From Anthoceros angustus (taxonomy: Eukaryota; Plantae; Anthocerotophyta): a stretch of DNA of 64,000 nt. The stretch is taken from the NCBI GenBank assembly GCA_010909165.1, contig MU008156.1:434001-498000 (forward strand). The letters run 5' to 3'. Positions 12,612-25,225 of this stretch are shown here, piece after piece. Each line of letters opens with the position of its first letter. The first letter of the stretch is position 1. The notes under the pieces are model-generated. The model was given only the letters and a program-made list of their open reading frames with translations. It made no database searches and was not told the DNA's origin. Both the position numbers and the translations under genes were made by a program.

Positions 12612-13633
12612 CGCACACATGGCACTCTCCAAGATTGATTGAAAGCAATTACATTTCATAGCATTTTGGATCCATTTACAAATATTATATGAATTTAAAT
12701 CAATTTTTTGATAGATAGAAAAAGTAAGAAGGAAAGTCCATTGGACATTGCTTAGTGATGGTTCATATGAATTTGATGTGACTATACAAAATTTGGCCTA
12801 TTGGCATAATATGGATAATTGTAATTCTCTATGAGTTCCTACTAGTTCTAACTCTATATGATTTCATGAGAGTAGTTCACCCATATTCATATGTTCACAA
12901 AAATAGTTTAATTATCCTAATTCTTCATAATTATTTGAACCTATGTATATTGTAAAAGAAGTATTGATTCATCGCATGCATTAGTATGAGACTAAGGTGA
13001 TAAAAATTGTGAAGCTTATCTCAAAATGCACATGAGTTGTATATTTTTATAGTATATAGATCAGGTATCTATATTCCACTTAATTTAGAAGATCCCGGAG
13101 AATTTACAATATTGGAGATAACATAATGGTTACATATCTAGCATTATCCATATATAAGTAGTTTTAGATTATTACATGAAAGTATTATTTTACATGAACA
13201 TAATACATGATATATCTCCTCAAGAGTCTTCCTTTTTGCATTGAACCCTTCAACCTTGAACCCTTGATTCTCAGTTTTTTGCGTTGTATTGTTTTCCTCA
13301 TGAAAGTGGAATAAGAACTCCTCTTGGTAAAGCATATTATAGTCTTTTTGTTTGAGGTTGAGCAATTCTAGTATAAACTGTGGAACACGTTCTAGAGATT
13401 TTTGAAAGATGCGTAGTCCGTACCGGTTTATTCGGCTGGATTCACGGTACATTGGAACCCATGCCGCATGACGTGAGCAAACGCAGGCTCATATAACTAA
13501 AGAGCAGGATGCCGTAGTCCTTTGGCATCAAGCCCACTCCCTCCACCGAATTCCCTTGCCATGCTATCTCCTGACAACTGATTTTTCCGAGTTCGGATGC
13601 ACCTCTTCTTCAGGTTCATTTGATTTCACAGCA

Positions 13634-16600
13634 ATGAAGCGCCAAGTGCAGCCGAGAGAATTTCATGGCACCTTGTCATATTTGCTGGTGCTGCTGGTGC
13701 TGCAGCTGGGGGTGGCGTCTCTGCATCTTGGCAACGTCCACGGACTGTCTCAAGACGGTCAAACGCTTCTCAAGTTTCTGGCAGCAGTGGGTGACGTGTC
13801 TAAACTGCTGGCGGATTGGACTGACTCGGATGGAACTCCCTGCAATTGGACGGGTGTGACATGCAATGAAGCCGGGGATGTGGTATCCCTTTTTCTTCGT
13901 GATTTCAGTCTGGAGGGGAGTATTTCAGACAACATTGCAGATCTCTCCCATCTGATGACGCTGCAGCTGTCCCACAACAACCTCTCAGGTGCTTCAAAAG
14001 CCCTTGCTGCCCTTGCTGTCAATGAATCTCTGGCTACAGCTGATGGCGTTTCCTGCCGGACCACAGGCGCGATTCCAGCATCGATCGGCCGGCTTTTAAT
14101 GTTGGAGGAATTGGATTTGAGCCGTAATTTGCTGACTGGGAGGATCCCGTCGGAGCTTTCCAATTGCAGAAAGCTGGTCACGCTCAAGCTGCAGACCAAT
14201 AAACTCTCAGGCAGAATCGACGATTTGGGGCTGTGCAACATCTCCTCCCTACAGACAGTAAGTCTGGCTTCCAATGCTTTGGCGGGCTCGATTCCCGACA
14301 TCCAAGGCTGCACGAATCTGAGGAGTCTGGAACTGGCATACAACTCACTCTCAGGTTGCTTCTTGGAGCTGGTGTTCTCTGTTCTTGCTTTAAGTAGATT
14401 TGCCAGGTTTCCGTTTGAACAATGTCCAGTGCCTAAAGGAGTTCTCTTTGACGAGGCAAATGTACAGGACCAATTCCCAAGTCGATAGGCCAGCTTGCTA
14501 GTTTGGAGGAGCTGGATTTGAGTGGCAATAAGTTGGCAGGAAATATTCCTTCAGAGCTTGCTCATTGCACAAGTCTGGTCAAGCTCAAGATGGTTCAAAA
14601 TAGTTTAGTGGGTAAGCAAGCTGATGCACATGTCGCTCCCTTCGAACCGACAGTACGATGTATGAACTCGTGAGCTTGTTGCACCTGCAGGCGAAATTCC
14701 TGGATCACTGGGCCGGCTTCAATTGTTGGAGGTGCTGATGTTCAGCAACAATTTCCTTACTGGAAGCATTCCTGCAGAGCTTGGAAACTGCTCAAACCTG
14801 TACCAGTTCGAGGCAAATGTGAACAAACTTTCAGGTGAGTGTCAGAAGACTTCACCACATGAATGCATCACATGCGAGTCGCGCACTGGGAATGTTAACC
14901 GCATGTGACATTAATTTTTCATGAACCGGGAGCTTAGCTGTCACGAAACCGGTCAATGTTGATGAACCCGTTCTGACCGAGGGCCACACACACAGGTCCT
15001 CTCCCTCCACAACTGGGCAACCTGCCTAAGCTTGGTGTCTTCTCTGTTCGAGACAATCTTTTGAACGGCAGCATCCCTCCAGAGATTGGCAACCTGACAA
15101 AGTTGCTTTATGTGGGCTTGTCACAAAATAGTTTCACAGGTTCGGCAACGTCCCTTGTGCAGGATATGTTTCGAGTGCAGCCTATTGACTGGTATAATCT
15201 CAGTCAAATGCTGACACAATTCGGCTCAACATTGCAACAGGCCCAATCCCTCCAACTATTGGGAAGCTGTCTTTGCTCTTGACGTTGAGCATTCACGAGA
15301 CGCTGATAAATGGGAGCATACCTCAAGAGGTGGGAAATCTCAAGCAGTTAATCTATCTCCTAATCCAGGGAAACCAGTTGACAGGTACTGGCTGATGGCC
15401 TTTCTCCCTCTCCTTCCACTTGCCAATGTGTCTCATCTGAGCTGATCGGTGCGCATGCACACGCCCCCATGCCCACAGGCACCATTCCTGCATCCCTTGG
15501 AGACTGCACTGAGCTGCAGTACTTCAACGTCTCCAACAACCACCTCTCAGGTACATACAAGTCCCAGTCTCGATACCTGTGCATTTGTCTTGATTAGTTG
15601 CTGCCCAACCGTCTCTTGTGATAAGCGTACCAGCCTTACGACGTATGTGTTGCAGGTCCGATACCCTCAACCATGGACAACCTTATACACCTCACCAAAG
15701 TGGACATCTCCAACAACAATCTGACGGGCACCGTGCCCAGAGCATTTCGCGAAGGCCCAAATTTCCTTGCTGTGGGAAACCCCTATTTAATTGTCTTGCC
15801 TCCGTCCGAGAACGATTTCACTCTCACTCGAAGGTTTCCTGCCCGACATCCCAAGCATTACAGAATCAATCGGGAATTGCACTGGATGCGTAGATGCCGG
15901 TACTCACCTTTTGTGTCCTTCTGTGGCAGGCTGAGCCAGGGCGCACTGCTGGGGATCCTCGTTCCAGCTGCCGCTTTCGTGCTTGCGGTTCTTGCTGTCT
16001 TTGTGCTGAGGATGGTCCGCAACAAGCAGCTCTCAAGCCTTGTGCTGCCGTCATCATACGACGGCGACGACAAAGAGGCCCTGAACCTCAAGGCAGATCT
16101 CGGGCTCGAGACTCACGTTGGCAGCTCCAGGAACCACCATGCAGTGACATTCGCGGCGGGGCTTCCCAGCTCGCGGATTGTGGGTGCCGTGGATTTTGCG
16201 TCCTCGGAAGATGCGGTGATCGGGCGAGGGGGTTGCGGGACCGTGTACAAGGCGATGATGCCCGTGACGGGAGAAGTGGTGGCTATCAAGAAGATTGGCA
16301 ACTCTCCCCTGTACAGGACTGGGAATGGGCATGGCGACACCTCGCACAGCCGCCACATCTCCTTGTACGTGAGCTACTGCAACGAGATCAATTCTGCAGG
16401 CAAAGTCCGGCACAAGAACCTCGTCAAGGTGCTGGGGTTCTGCTGGAACGAGGACTGGAACTACATTGTGTATGAGTTCATACCTAACGGCAGCCTGAAG
16501 GATGCTCTGCACGAATTCAAGGCCACTCCCACGCCGCCACTGGACTGGAATGCAAGGTAACATGAGACTCAGAAACTCTAGAGACAGAGTTTACAATTGT

Positions 16601-17347
16601 CCACGGATTCTTCACCTCATGATGATCTGCTCTGCAGGTACAAAATTGCTCTTGGCACTGCTCAAGGACTGGCCTACCTGCATCATGACTGTGTGCCACA
16701 GATCATCCATCGTGATATCAAGTCCTCCAACATCCTCTTGGACGAGGACCTGGAGCCGCATCTCACAGACTTCGGGATTGCTAAGCTTGTGGATCGCTCG
16801 GACCCTGCAAACAGCCTGTCCACCTTCACCAGCATTGTAGGCACGCACGGCTATATCGCCCCAGGTGTGTAAAAGCTTGCATCGGTTCACTTCCCTACCG
16901 ATATTCCTCTTGGGCAATGCTGGTAATGACATGCGCATATGGTGGCGTTGAACAGAGTATGCGTACACTCTCAAAGTCACAGAGAAGAGCGATGTATACA
17001 GCTTCGGTGTGGTTCTTCTAGAGCTATTGACAGGGAAATCCCCGCTTGATCCTTGTTTCTTAGACATGGGGCTAAGCATGCCCACATGGATGAGGAAGAT
17101 CGTCAACACCGGCCTAGCAAATCGGCCCCTTACCAGCTCCGCGATAGATGGTATTCTGGACGTCATCATGGACGAAGGGCTTAGGATGCAGACGTACATT
17201 CTGGAAGAAGAGATTGACTTGCACAGAGCGGAAATGGCTGCAGTTCTGGAGATCGCTCTTCTCTGCACCGAAGACGCCCCTGGAAAACGACCTACGATGC
17301 GGGAAATAGAAGGCAAGTTACAAGCCTTCCGCCGCGGCTTGGTATGA
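13634..17347 (+). CDS. LRR receptor-like Ser/Thr kinase (multi-exon, RD-type)
   Basis: Signal peptide, LRRNT cap ([13 protein letters not shown]), LxxLxLxxNxLxGxIP repeats split by introns at SG/TG positions, and [20 protein letters not shown]. Kinase motifs: [57 protein letters not shown]. Confidence 0.93.
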
Positions 17348-19084
17348 AGAGGGTGATTTTGTCAACTTGTGCATACAGCAGTAGTAGTTCTGTGTGTAGC
17401 ACAAAAGGCAAGCTTGTGATCCCAAACAGAAAGAAGTGTTCGAAGTCACTGTCCTCATGTGCACTCTCATCAGCTGCAAGGCGGCTTCCTTTTTTCAAGG
17501 GTGTGTATATGACCTGCAGGAGAACCTCATAGCCATACAATATCTCAAGCACGCGCATCAGACACATTTAAAAAATACGACAAACTGCTATCCGCAACAA
17601 GCATGGAGAGGTCACGGACCACCACCAGGCACAGTGTCACACATCTTCAACAATCATGAGGCACGGAGCCCAACTGGATCCGACAGGGAGAAACTCTGAA
17701 GCAACTCACCTAACGTTTTAAGTCACCACATCTTTGCTGTAAGGGAGTCCGCAAAAACCTGTCAATTGAGCTGCTTATTGCGACCTGCCACTGTTAGCAT
17801 AAAACAAATCAAAGACAGGAGCGTGTAAAATAGACCACAGACAAAAAACAGTTGCAAAAGTGCAATAAGCTTCTCACATGAGACACTTCTCACCAGCCTT
17901 TGCTGCTGTCCCAGATCCCAACTCACAAGACTCCCACTCTCCTGCTCTCTTCGAGTGCTCCCAATCTGGTAAAAAAAGGAAACCCTGACGACTTGACAGT
18001 TTGGAGCACCCAGATGAACATATAATCAGGCATTAGCTGGCTGCTAAACTGCTATGACGTTTCGTAATGGCCATGAATGCATATAAAATGCTGGCATGAT
18101 CCAAGCAATGCTCTTGAAAGTATTCCCACCCTCCTTCTAAAGCGATCCAAGCAGTGATGCCATGGATGCTCAGGCCAGGACTCTAGGGGATGAGCACTTG
18201 AGCGTGAAGGAGTGAGAGCCAGCAATTACACAAAAGCAATGATTTATGATAAACGGAGAAGGTCTTAAATACAGTGATGCCCGAGCAGTTATAACCTACT
18301 CACCTTCATGCCAGCCTACCATAACTGGTTAAACCGTTGGGATAAATCAGGGTAAACTTTACAGTTCCATCACCTTGTCCCGACAATGCATTGTGGAATC
18401 CGATCTCATGCGAACGTGCATCATACGGAGCTGGGTCCAGGCTTCCAGCATCAAGGAGAGCAGGACTCCCCTATCCAATCAAGTGCAGAAGCCTTGGATT
18501 GTACGACGATTGCCCTTGGAAAGCAAGAGCAGACGAAAAAGGAGGCAGACGAAGAAGGCAGCTTCGAGGCAGTGAAGACGGTCAGATTCCCACTAACGAT
18601 CTATCTTTCGTCCTCGTCTATCCCGCTACAGTCACACGGCGATGACGAAATCAGTCACACGGCGATGAAGATAGTGCTATATTTTGAGCTGAGGACATTG
18701 GCATAAAAAAATGCAGATGCAGTAGTGGGTCGTGCACTCCCATGGCGGTGTGGCTATGGATTGCACTCGTTATTGTGCTAAGCCTTGCAATTGGTGTGCT
18801 AAAGTACAATCGGCGGCTGCACTGGTGAAAGCTCAACTTGCCACCAGGGCGTGAGGGGATTCCGGATAGTGTGAAGTTACATTTAAGGTTCTGGAGTGAG
18901 GCGGTTGAGATCTGACTTGTAACCGTTCACTCAATAATCACTCTTAATTAATTAATTAGGTTACTTATTAACCTACGTTAGGATCTACATCATGGCCATG
19001 TGCCAGGCTCCAATACTCCCCCTCATCTCGGCTTAGGGTATGCTCCGAGATGTTATTGATAGTGTGATGAAAACAAAACTTGTA

Positions 19085-19265
19085 CTCCCCCTTTGATGTA
19101 GATCATACACTTCCTATCAGCCCAAGAGCTAAAATGTGTTGCTCTTGTAAGGCTTTTGCAAGGCCTTTGGCAAAAAAATCAGCTATGTTCTCATAGGTGT
19201 GGACATAATCCAGTTTGATTTGTTTGCTTCCTACCACCTCACGCATAAAGTGGTGCTGAATTTCT
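19085..19265 (-). mobile_element. Ty1/copia retrotransposon relic (RNase H C-terminus plus polypurine tract)
   Basis: Minus strand translates IQHHFMREVVGSKQIKLDYVHTYENIADFFAKGL...* and is followed by AAAGGGGGAG. Confidence 0.75.
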
Positions 19266-19595
19266 TAACATCTTTAAAGCATCTAAAGCGTCTATAACCT
19301 CATACTATGCCTTAGGCGCAGTTACAATTTGGGTTGTCTCTCTCACAAGTCTCGATACCACGCGAAGAGTGCACTGCAGCAATCGATCGAATCCTTGCAC
19401 TGATTAGGCCTTGGCGGCAGTTACTGGTCCATGTAAGCGGCGTGGGCGAGAATCATCATCATACTAACTACTGTCCTCCGATCGCATTACGTGCATAAGA
19501 AGAAGAATCAAGCCGCTCCTTCCTCCTGGTAGCGCTTCGAGTTCCACCTTTCCTTCGTTCCCAAGTCCCAATCGCTGCAACTTCCAACTTCCACC

Positions 19596-20219
19596 ATGAC
19601 CACTTTCAAGCATATGTGGGTCGGAGCCTCCGTCCTGGCCACGCTAGTGGCATGCGTGCTGGCTCAGAATGGCCGCGCTGGTGGTAAGGGCGGGGCCCTC
19701 CTCCTTCCCGATGCCCTCACGGAGCCGCCGAGAAGCGTCTTCTTCCCCTTCTGGGTGCAGGCTTACAACCAGACCGGACAGCAGAGCCTGGTGACGACGG
19801 TGCAGCCGGTGGGACCGAACGGGTTCGGACAAATCGCCGTGTTGGAGGCGCCCGTGACCAAGTCGTCGGAACCCAACTCCACCGTGATCGCAGACGTTCG
19901 TGGTGTCCTCTTCTTCGTTAGTCAGGAGTTCCCCGGTATCGAGTTGACGGTGACGGTGACGTTCAGAAACAACATCGGCGTCCCGGCAAACAGCAGCATC
20001 AACTTCCAGGGATTTAGACCTTACCCGGAAGTCTTTCTGGAGGCGTACAACTTGTCCGCGGTGGGAGGAACTGGCGCTTTCGCCTGTGCTCAAGGAGTCC
20101 TGACCCAGTCTGTCTCCTTCGCCAACCAAACTCTCATCACCCTTCGTAGCATCGCCTACATCGTCGTCGGCTGTGGCTTCAACCCCACCAACGCCTTCTA
20201 CCTCTTCTCCTCCTCATAG
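19596..20219 (+). CDS. DIR: Dirigent-like secreted protein (DIR-1), intronless, 207 aa
   Basis: Signal peptide; FGQIAVLEAPVT..SEPNSTVIADVRG, INFQG, NLSAVGGTGAFACAQG are dirigent-fold motifs; N-glycosylation sequons present. Confidence 0.8.
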   Translation: MTTFKHMWVGASVLATLVACVLAQNGRAGGKGGALLLPDALTEPPRSVFFPFWVQAYNQTGQQSLVTTVQPVGPNGFGQIAVLEAPVTKSSEPNSTVIADVRGVLFFVSQEFPGIELTVTVTFRNNIGVPANSSINFQGFRPYPEVFLEAYNLSAVGGTGAFACAQGVLTQSVSFANQTLITLRSIAYIVVGCGFNPTNAFYLFSSS

Positions 20220-21317
20220 CCATAGGCAGCGCATACAACATGCTTTTGCCTTTCATATGATATCTTGTGCCTAATGTGCCAGGCCAACCCTCGTACCGAT
20301 GTTGTGAAGTACAAGTCCTTTCCAATGTGAAGTATGATAGATTTCTTTCATGGTAGATTATACAATATTTAATAATAGTATTCATGAAGCATATCATAAT
20401 ACTTTTCCAAATTTAAATTACATATAAAATAATATAATGTTTTGAAAGATATTATACAAAAACCTAATTTTGAAAGCATCCGGTTTTTATGTGTGAATTG
20501 AGGTCGTGGATGGGAATTCCCAGTGTATGGTCCGTACGGAATTGGGCCACCCCTTCCCTATTCCCCATGGGTGTGCCTGTCGTATGTTTCATTCCATAGT
20601 GGATTTGATCCCATCTTTCATCTTCCGGCCCTTCCCATGCGCCATATGCCTGGTGTTTTTGAAGTGCGAAATTCTCTTGTTAACTGGTCGGATGTGCACA
20701 AGGTCTATCTCAGATTATTCCAACGTCTCTATCCTTGATGCAACTTCACACCTTCTTACCCTAACAATGGTACCCAACAAAGGAAAGCAAAGAAGCCGTG
20801 TTCCAGGAAGATGGCTGGGAGACCTGGCCTCCCCTTCCCTCCCCTCCCCCTCACCTCCGAGTTCCCGAACACTGCCCAACTACGCCACACAACTCTCTAG
20901 CATATGCCCAGTGATTGGATCTTCGCACCTTTCGTATTCCCGCCCTTTACATGCTCCATGATGCCCATTGATTGGATCTTCGCACCATATGCCCGCTCTT
21001 TACATGCGCCATGATGCCCCGTGATTCTATCTTGGCACCTCCATCTATGTACGGAAGGAGGGACTGGAAGGTGTGGAGATGGAAACATTTTGAAGAATCT
21101 TTGCAGTGAGGAAACCTTGGCAGTAATTACTGGCCATGTTAGCGGCGTGTTTGGGCATCACCGTCGTACTAACTGTTCTTGGATCGCATTAGGCGTACAA
21201 GAGAAGGACTAAGCCGGTCCTTCCTCGTGCTTCCAGTTCCACCTGCCCAAGCTTCCCTTCCCAAGTTCCAACTCTCAATACTGCACCTCTAATCAAGCTC
21301 GCAGCTCAGCTCCAGGC

Positions 21318-21943
21318 ATGCCCACTTTGAAGGATCTGTGGGTGGCCGCCTCCGTCCTCGCCACACTCGGGGCACGCGTGGTGGCTCAGAATGGCGCGAG
21401 CGCTGGTACGGGCGGGCCTTCCTCCTCCCCGACGCGCTCACAGAGCCGCGACGAAGCGTGGTTGTGGAATTCTGGCCGCAGTTCTACACCCAGCCCGGAC
21501 AGGTGAGCCAGGTGCAGACGGTACGGCCGGTGGGACCGAACCAGTTCGGCCAAATCGACGCCATAGACACGCCCGTCACCAGCGCGTCGAGTCCCAACTC
21601 CACCGAGGTCGGACGCGGCAACGGTTTCCTCTTCTTCGATAGTCAGCAGTTCCCGGGTTTTGAGAACGAGGTGACGCTGACGTTCAACAACGACATCGGC
21701 TTGCCCCCCAACAGCAGCATCCACTTCGAAGGATTTGAGCCTTCCTTCACGCCCGACTACCCGGGGCCCTACAACTACACCGTGGCGGGAGGAACCGGCG
21801 CTTTCGTCTGTGCTACAGGAGCCGTAACCGAGAATTTGTTCTCCTCGAACGCCAATGTCACCACCCTTCATGACATCGCCAACATCACCGTCGGCTGCGG
21901 CTTCAACAAGAACAACGCCTTCTACCTCTTCTTCTCCTCATAG
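21318..21943 (+). CDS. DIR: Dirigent-like secreted protein (DIR-2); apparent 1-nt frameshift at ~21415
   Basis: Paralog of DIR-1. The signal peptide from ATG 21318 joins the dirigent frame only if one G is restored in a G-run (GGG CC versus GGG GCC in DIR-1). Confidence 0.75.
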
Positions 21944-23129
21944 CTTGTGTCTTCCGAATCATATCATGTACTCTAGTGCTGTTCATATATTGATTATATA
22001 AAAGGTGATGTGGATTCAAAGAGCATAAGGTGGATGTCAAGATGGACGCATGCATTTGAATGAAATCCTGAGTCACCAAGGCCATCTGCGTGGTGATATC
22101 CTTGTCCGACTCTCAAGCACGCTTGGCTGGCATCGTCTGTAACAGTAGCGGAGATACCCACACTATGCATTGCTGACAGCTTACAAACAAATTTGCGGGA
22201 TCTCCTTTCGGCCCCCACGGATTCCGCAGCAGAATGCGTTGGATGGGAGCCTGGAAGAGATGGTGAGGCATCCTGATATGGCTGCCAGGTACGTTTGGGA
22301 TCGGGATTCTGTGGTGGGCAGGGACCTCACAGCAGATGCATGGACATACTTCAAGCTACATAGGGTGACGGGGAGGTGCTTTGAGATTGAGAGCCTCCCC
22401 ATGTGCGTGTGCAAAACACATTCCATAAAACCTTAACCGTTTCACAATGCAGACCTTAAATGGTGGAGACAAGTGAGTCTTGAGTACAGACATGGGCAGC
22501 ATAGACAGTCGATCAGAGCTGAAATCTCAAGAACACTATGAGACAAATTAACCGCAAGAAACCCATGGAATTTGTCGTGCCCAACGAAAGACGCGAATAT
22601 GGGAAACCGCGAATCTGCACGGGATATGGAAGGTGTGAGGATCCAATCAGTGGCGCATGGAAAGGGCCGGAAAATGGAAGGAGGTACGGAAGAATTTGAA
22701 GGGAAACAGGCACGGACTACAACATATCAGTGCCTCTCTAGATATGAAGGTCGCTTTACCGACTGTGTGCACCTAACAGCGGGGTGTAGTGTGTAGTACC
22801 TTGTCAAAAAAAGCAGTCTGGAAAGTATCGGGACTGTTGAGAGAAACGCTCTGAATTCCCTCCGTCGTCCCACCTCAGGCTCCATGGTTTCGATGTCCTG
22901 CTGTGTCGGTGCCACCGGCCAGGCTGGCGGCCGTTGCGTTTTGGGCATCAGCATTGTGCGTCCTGTCTTTCAGTTGCATCAGGTGTACATACATGAATAC
23001 ATTCAAAGAGGAACGCAAACCACTCCTTCCTCGTGTTTCCGTTTCCACCTTCCCTTTCCAATTCCCATTTGCTGCAAATTCCGACTTCCAACTGCACCCT
23101 TCAACGGGGCTCGCAGCTCACCAGAAAGC

Positions 23130-23760
23130 ATGGCCGCGTTGAAGCATTTGTGGGTAGCAGCCTCCGTTCTGGCCACGCTAGTGGCATGCGTCCTGGCTGG
23201 TCACAATGGCGGCAATAGCGCGGGCGCGGCCGCCTTACTAACCGCCCTCCGCGGCGACGCGCTCACGGCGCAGCCGCTCAGCGTGGTCCTTCATTTCTCG
23301 CAGCAGTTTTACAGCGTGCCCGGACGGCGGAGCCAGGTGCAGACGGTGAAGCCGGTGGGATCGAACCTGTTCGCCGACATTGACACCTTCGACGCGCCCG
23401 TCACCGCCACGTCTGATCCCTTCTCCCTCGAGATCGGTCGCGCCCGCGGTAGCATCCTGTACGATAGTCAGGAGTTCCAGGGCTGGGAGAATTTGTGGAC
23501 GCTCACGTTCAACAACCATAGCGGCTTCCCCGCCAACAGCAGCATCAACTTCCAGGGATTTCAGCGCTCCACGGAGCTCTCCCCGGCCTTACAACTACTC
23601 CGTGGTGGGAGGAACTGGCGCTTTCGCCTGTGCTAAAGGAGTGGTTACCGAGTCTGTCGCCTTCTTAAATTCCACCCTCGAGACCGTTCGTGACATCGCC
23701 AACATCACCGTCGGCTGTGGCTTCCACCCGGGCAAGGCCATCCACCTCTTCGGCTTTTGA
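23130..23760 (+). CDS. DIR: Dirigent-like secreted protein (DIR-3); apparent frameshift at ~23585
   Basis: MAALKHLWVAASVLATLVACVLA signal peptide. The frame switches between INFQGFQRSTELSP and PYNYSVVGGTGAFACAKG at CCGGCCT (CCG GGG CCC in DIR-2). Confidence 0.75.
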
Positions 23761-24463
23761 AAGCTGCATCAACATTTCCAGGGCATATAAGATGCTTAAA
23801 ATTGTCTTCCCCTTCCCACTGTATCCCTTTTCTTCACATAAATAAAATGTTCCTTCAATCGAGAGGCTCCCCATGTGCGTTTGCAAAACATGTTCCTAAC
23901 CCTATCCCTCTCACAATGCGCACCCTACATGGCAGACTGACAGGAGAGTGTGATACACACATGGGCGGCATCACACATTCCATCAGAGGTGTTGTCTCAG
24001 GAAGACGAAAAGGGAATCAACCGCAAGAAACCTAAGGGATTTTTTATGCTGAAAGGAGAACTTGCTGCAAACGGAAAGTGGCTTGCATCTGTGTAAATTG
24101 GGCCAGGATAGCACTTACAGGTTGCAAGCATGGTGGCGTCCTCTATACGAAATGGTATTGCGGATCAGAGCATCACGCATCTTGCAATTGGGTTGGCCGC
24201 TCTCATCATAAGTCCCGGAACCACGCACCGCGTGCAGCACTAGCACTCGACGAATGAGGCAACCTTGGCGGCAATTGCTGACCAGCAGCCCATGTAAGCG
24301 GCGTGCTCGGGCATCACCATCATACTCTCAACGTCTTCCGGTCGGATGAGTTGTATAAGAAGGGAGCAGTAAGGCGCTCCGCCCTCGTGCTAGCGCCCCG
24401 GTCCCAACTCCCATTTGCTAGACCACAGCTTCCGACTACCAGGCTCGCATCTCACCTCCGAGC

Positions 24464-25225
24464 ATGGCCACTTTAAAGCATGTGTGGGTCCGAGCCCTGG
24501 TCCTGGCCGCGTTCGTGGCATGCGTGCTCGCTGCCCATGGCAGCCCTGGGGACGTCGACGCCACGAACGAACCGGACAAGGTGAAGGGCAAGGGCAACAG
24601 CTCGCCCAAACCGAGCAAAGGCGCTCTCCCACCGCCGACACCACCGGGCAATGGCGCCGGCTCTGAGTCGAACGTCACCGCCTTCCTCAACGCCATCAAC
24701 GGTGGCGACGCGCTGGAGGCTCAGCCGACTTCCGTGTGCGTCACCTTCTTTCAGCAGTTTTTCAACGGGGCCGAGGTGCAGACGGTGCCGCCGGTGGGAC
24801 CCAACCTCTTCGGCCGGATCGACGCCTTCGAGGTGACTGCAACCAGGACGGTGGATCCCAACTCCCTCGTTATCGGAGTCGCCCGCGGGGTCCTCCTCTA
24901 CGATAGTCAGGAGTTCCCGGGCTATGAGAACAAGTGGACGCTGGTGTTCACCGACGAGAGCGGCCTCCCGGCCAACAGCAGCATCAACTTCGAGGGATTT
25001 CAGCCTGACACGGCCGTCTTCGCGCAGCCTTACAACTACTCGGTGGTGGGAGGAACCGGCGCTTTCGCCTGTGCTAGAGGAGTCGTTACCGAGTCCACAG
25101 TCTTTGTCAATGATACTCTGGAGACCGATGCGGACGTCGCCTGCATGGTCGTCGGCTGCGGCTTCGACCGGGCCAACGCCTTCTATCTCTTCTCCTCTGG
25201 GCCAACAGATAGCGCATATACATAG
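24464..25225 (+). CDS. DIR: Dirigent-like secreted protein (DIR-4) with Pro/Gly/Lys-rich N-terminal extension, 253 aa
   Basis: Intact ORF with signal peptide, KGKGNSSPKPSKGALPPPTPPG linker, FGRIDAFE...GVARG and YSVVGGTGAFACARG. Confidence 0.82.
   Translation: MATLKHVWVRALVLAAFVACVLAAHGSPGDVDATNEPDKVKGKGNSSPKPSKGALPPPTPPGNGAGSESNVTAFLNAINGGDALEAQPTSVCVTFFQQFFNGAEVQTVPPVGPNLFGRIDAFEVTATRTVDPNSLVIGVARGVLLYDSQEFPGYENKWTLVFTDESGLPANSSINFEGFQPDTAVFAQPYNYSVVGGTGAFACARGVVTESTVFVNDTLETDADVACMVVGCGFDRANAFYLFSSGPTDSAYT

Noticed and set aside
13989-14066. Apparent non-LRR insertion in the RLK ectodomain
   Set aside because: It is a 78-nt GT-AG intron that happens to stay in frame.
19596-25225. Horizontal transfer origin for the intronless dirigent genes
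   Set aside because: Plant dirigent genes are commonly intronless; they have plant-type signal peptides and no compositional anomaly.
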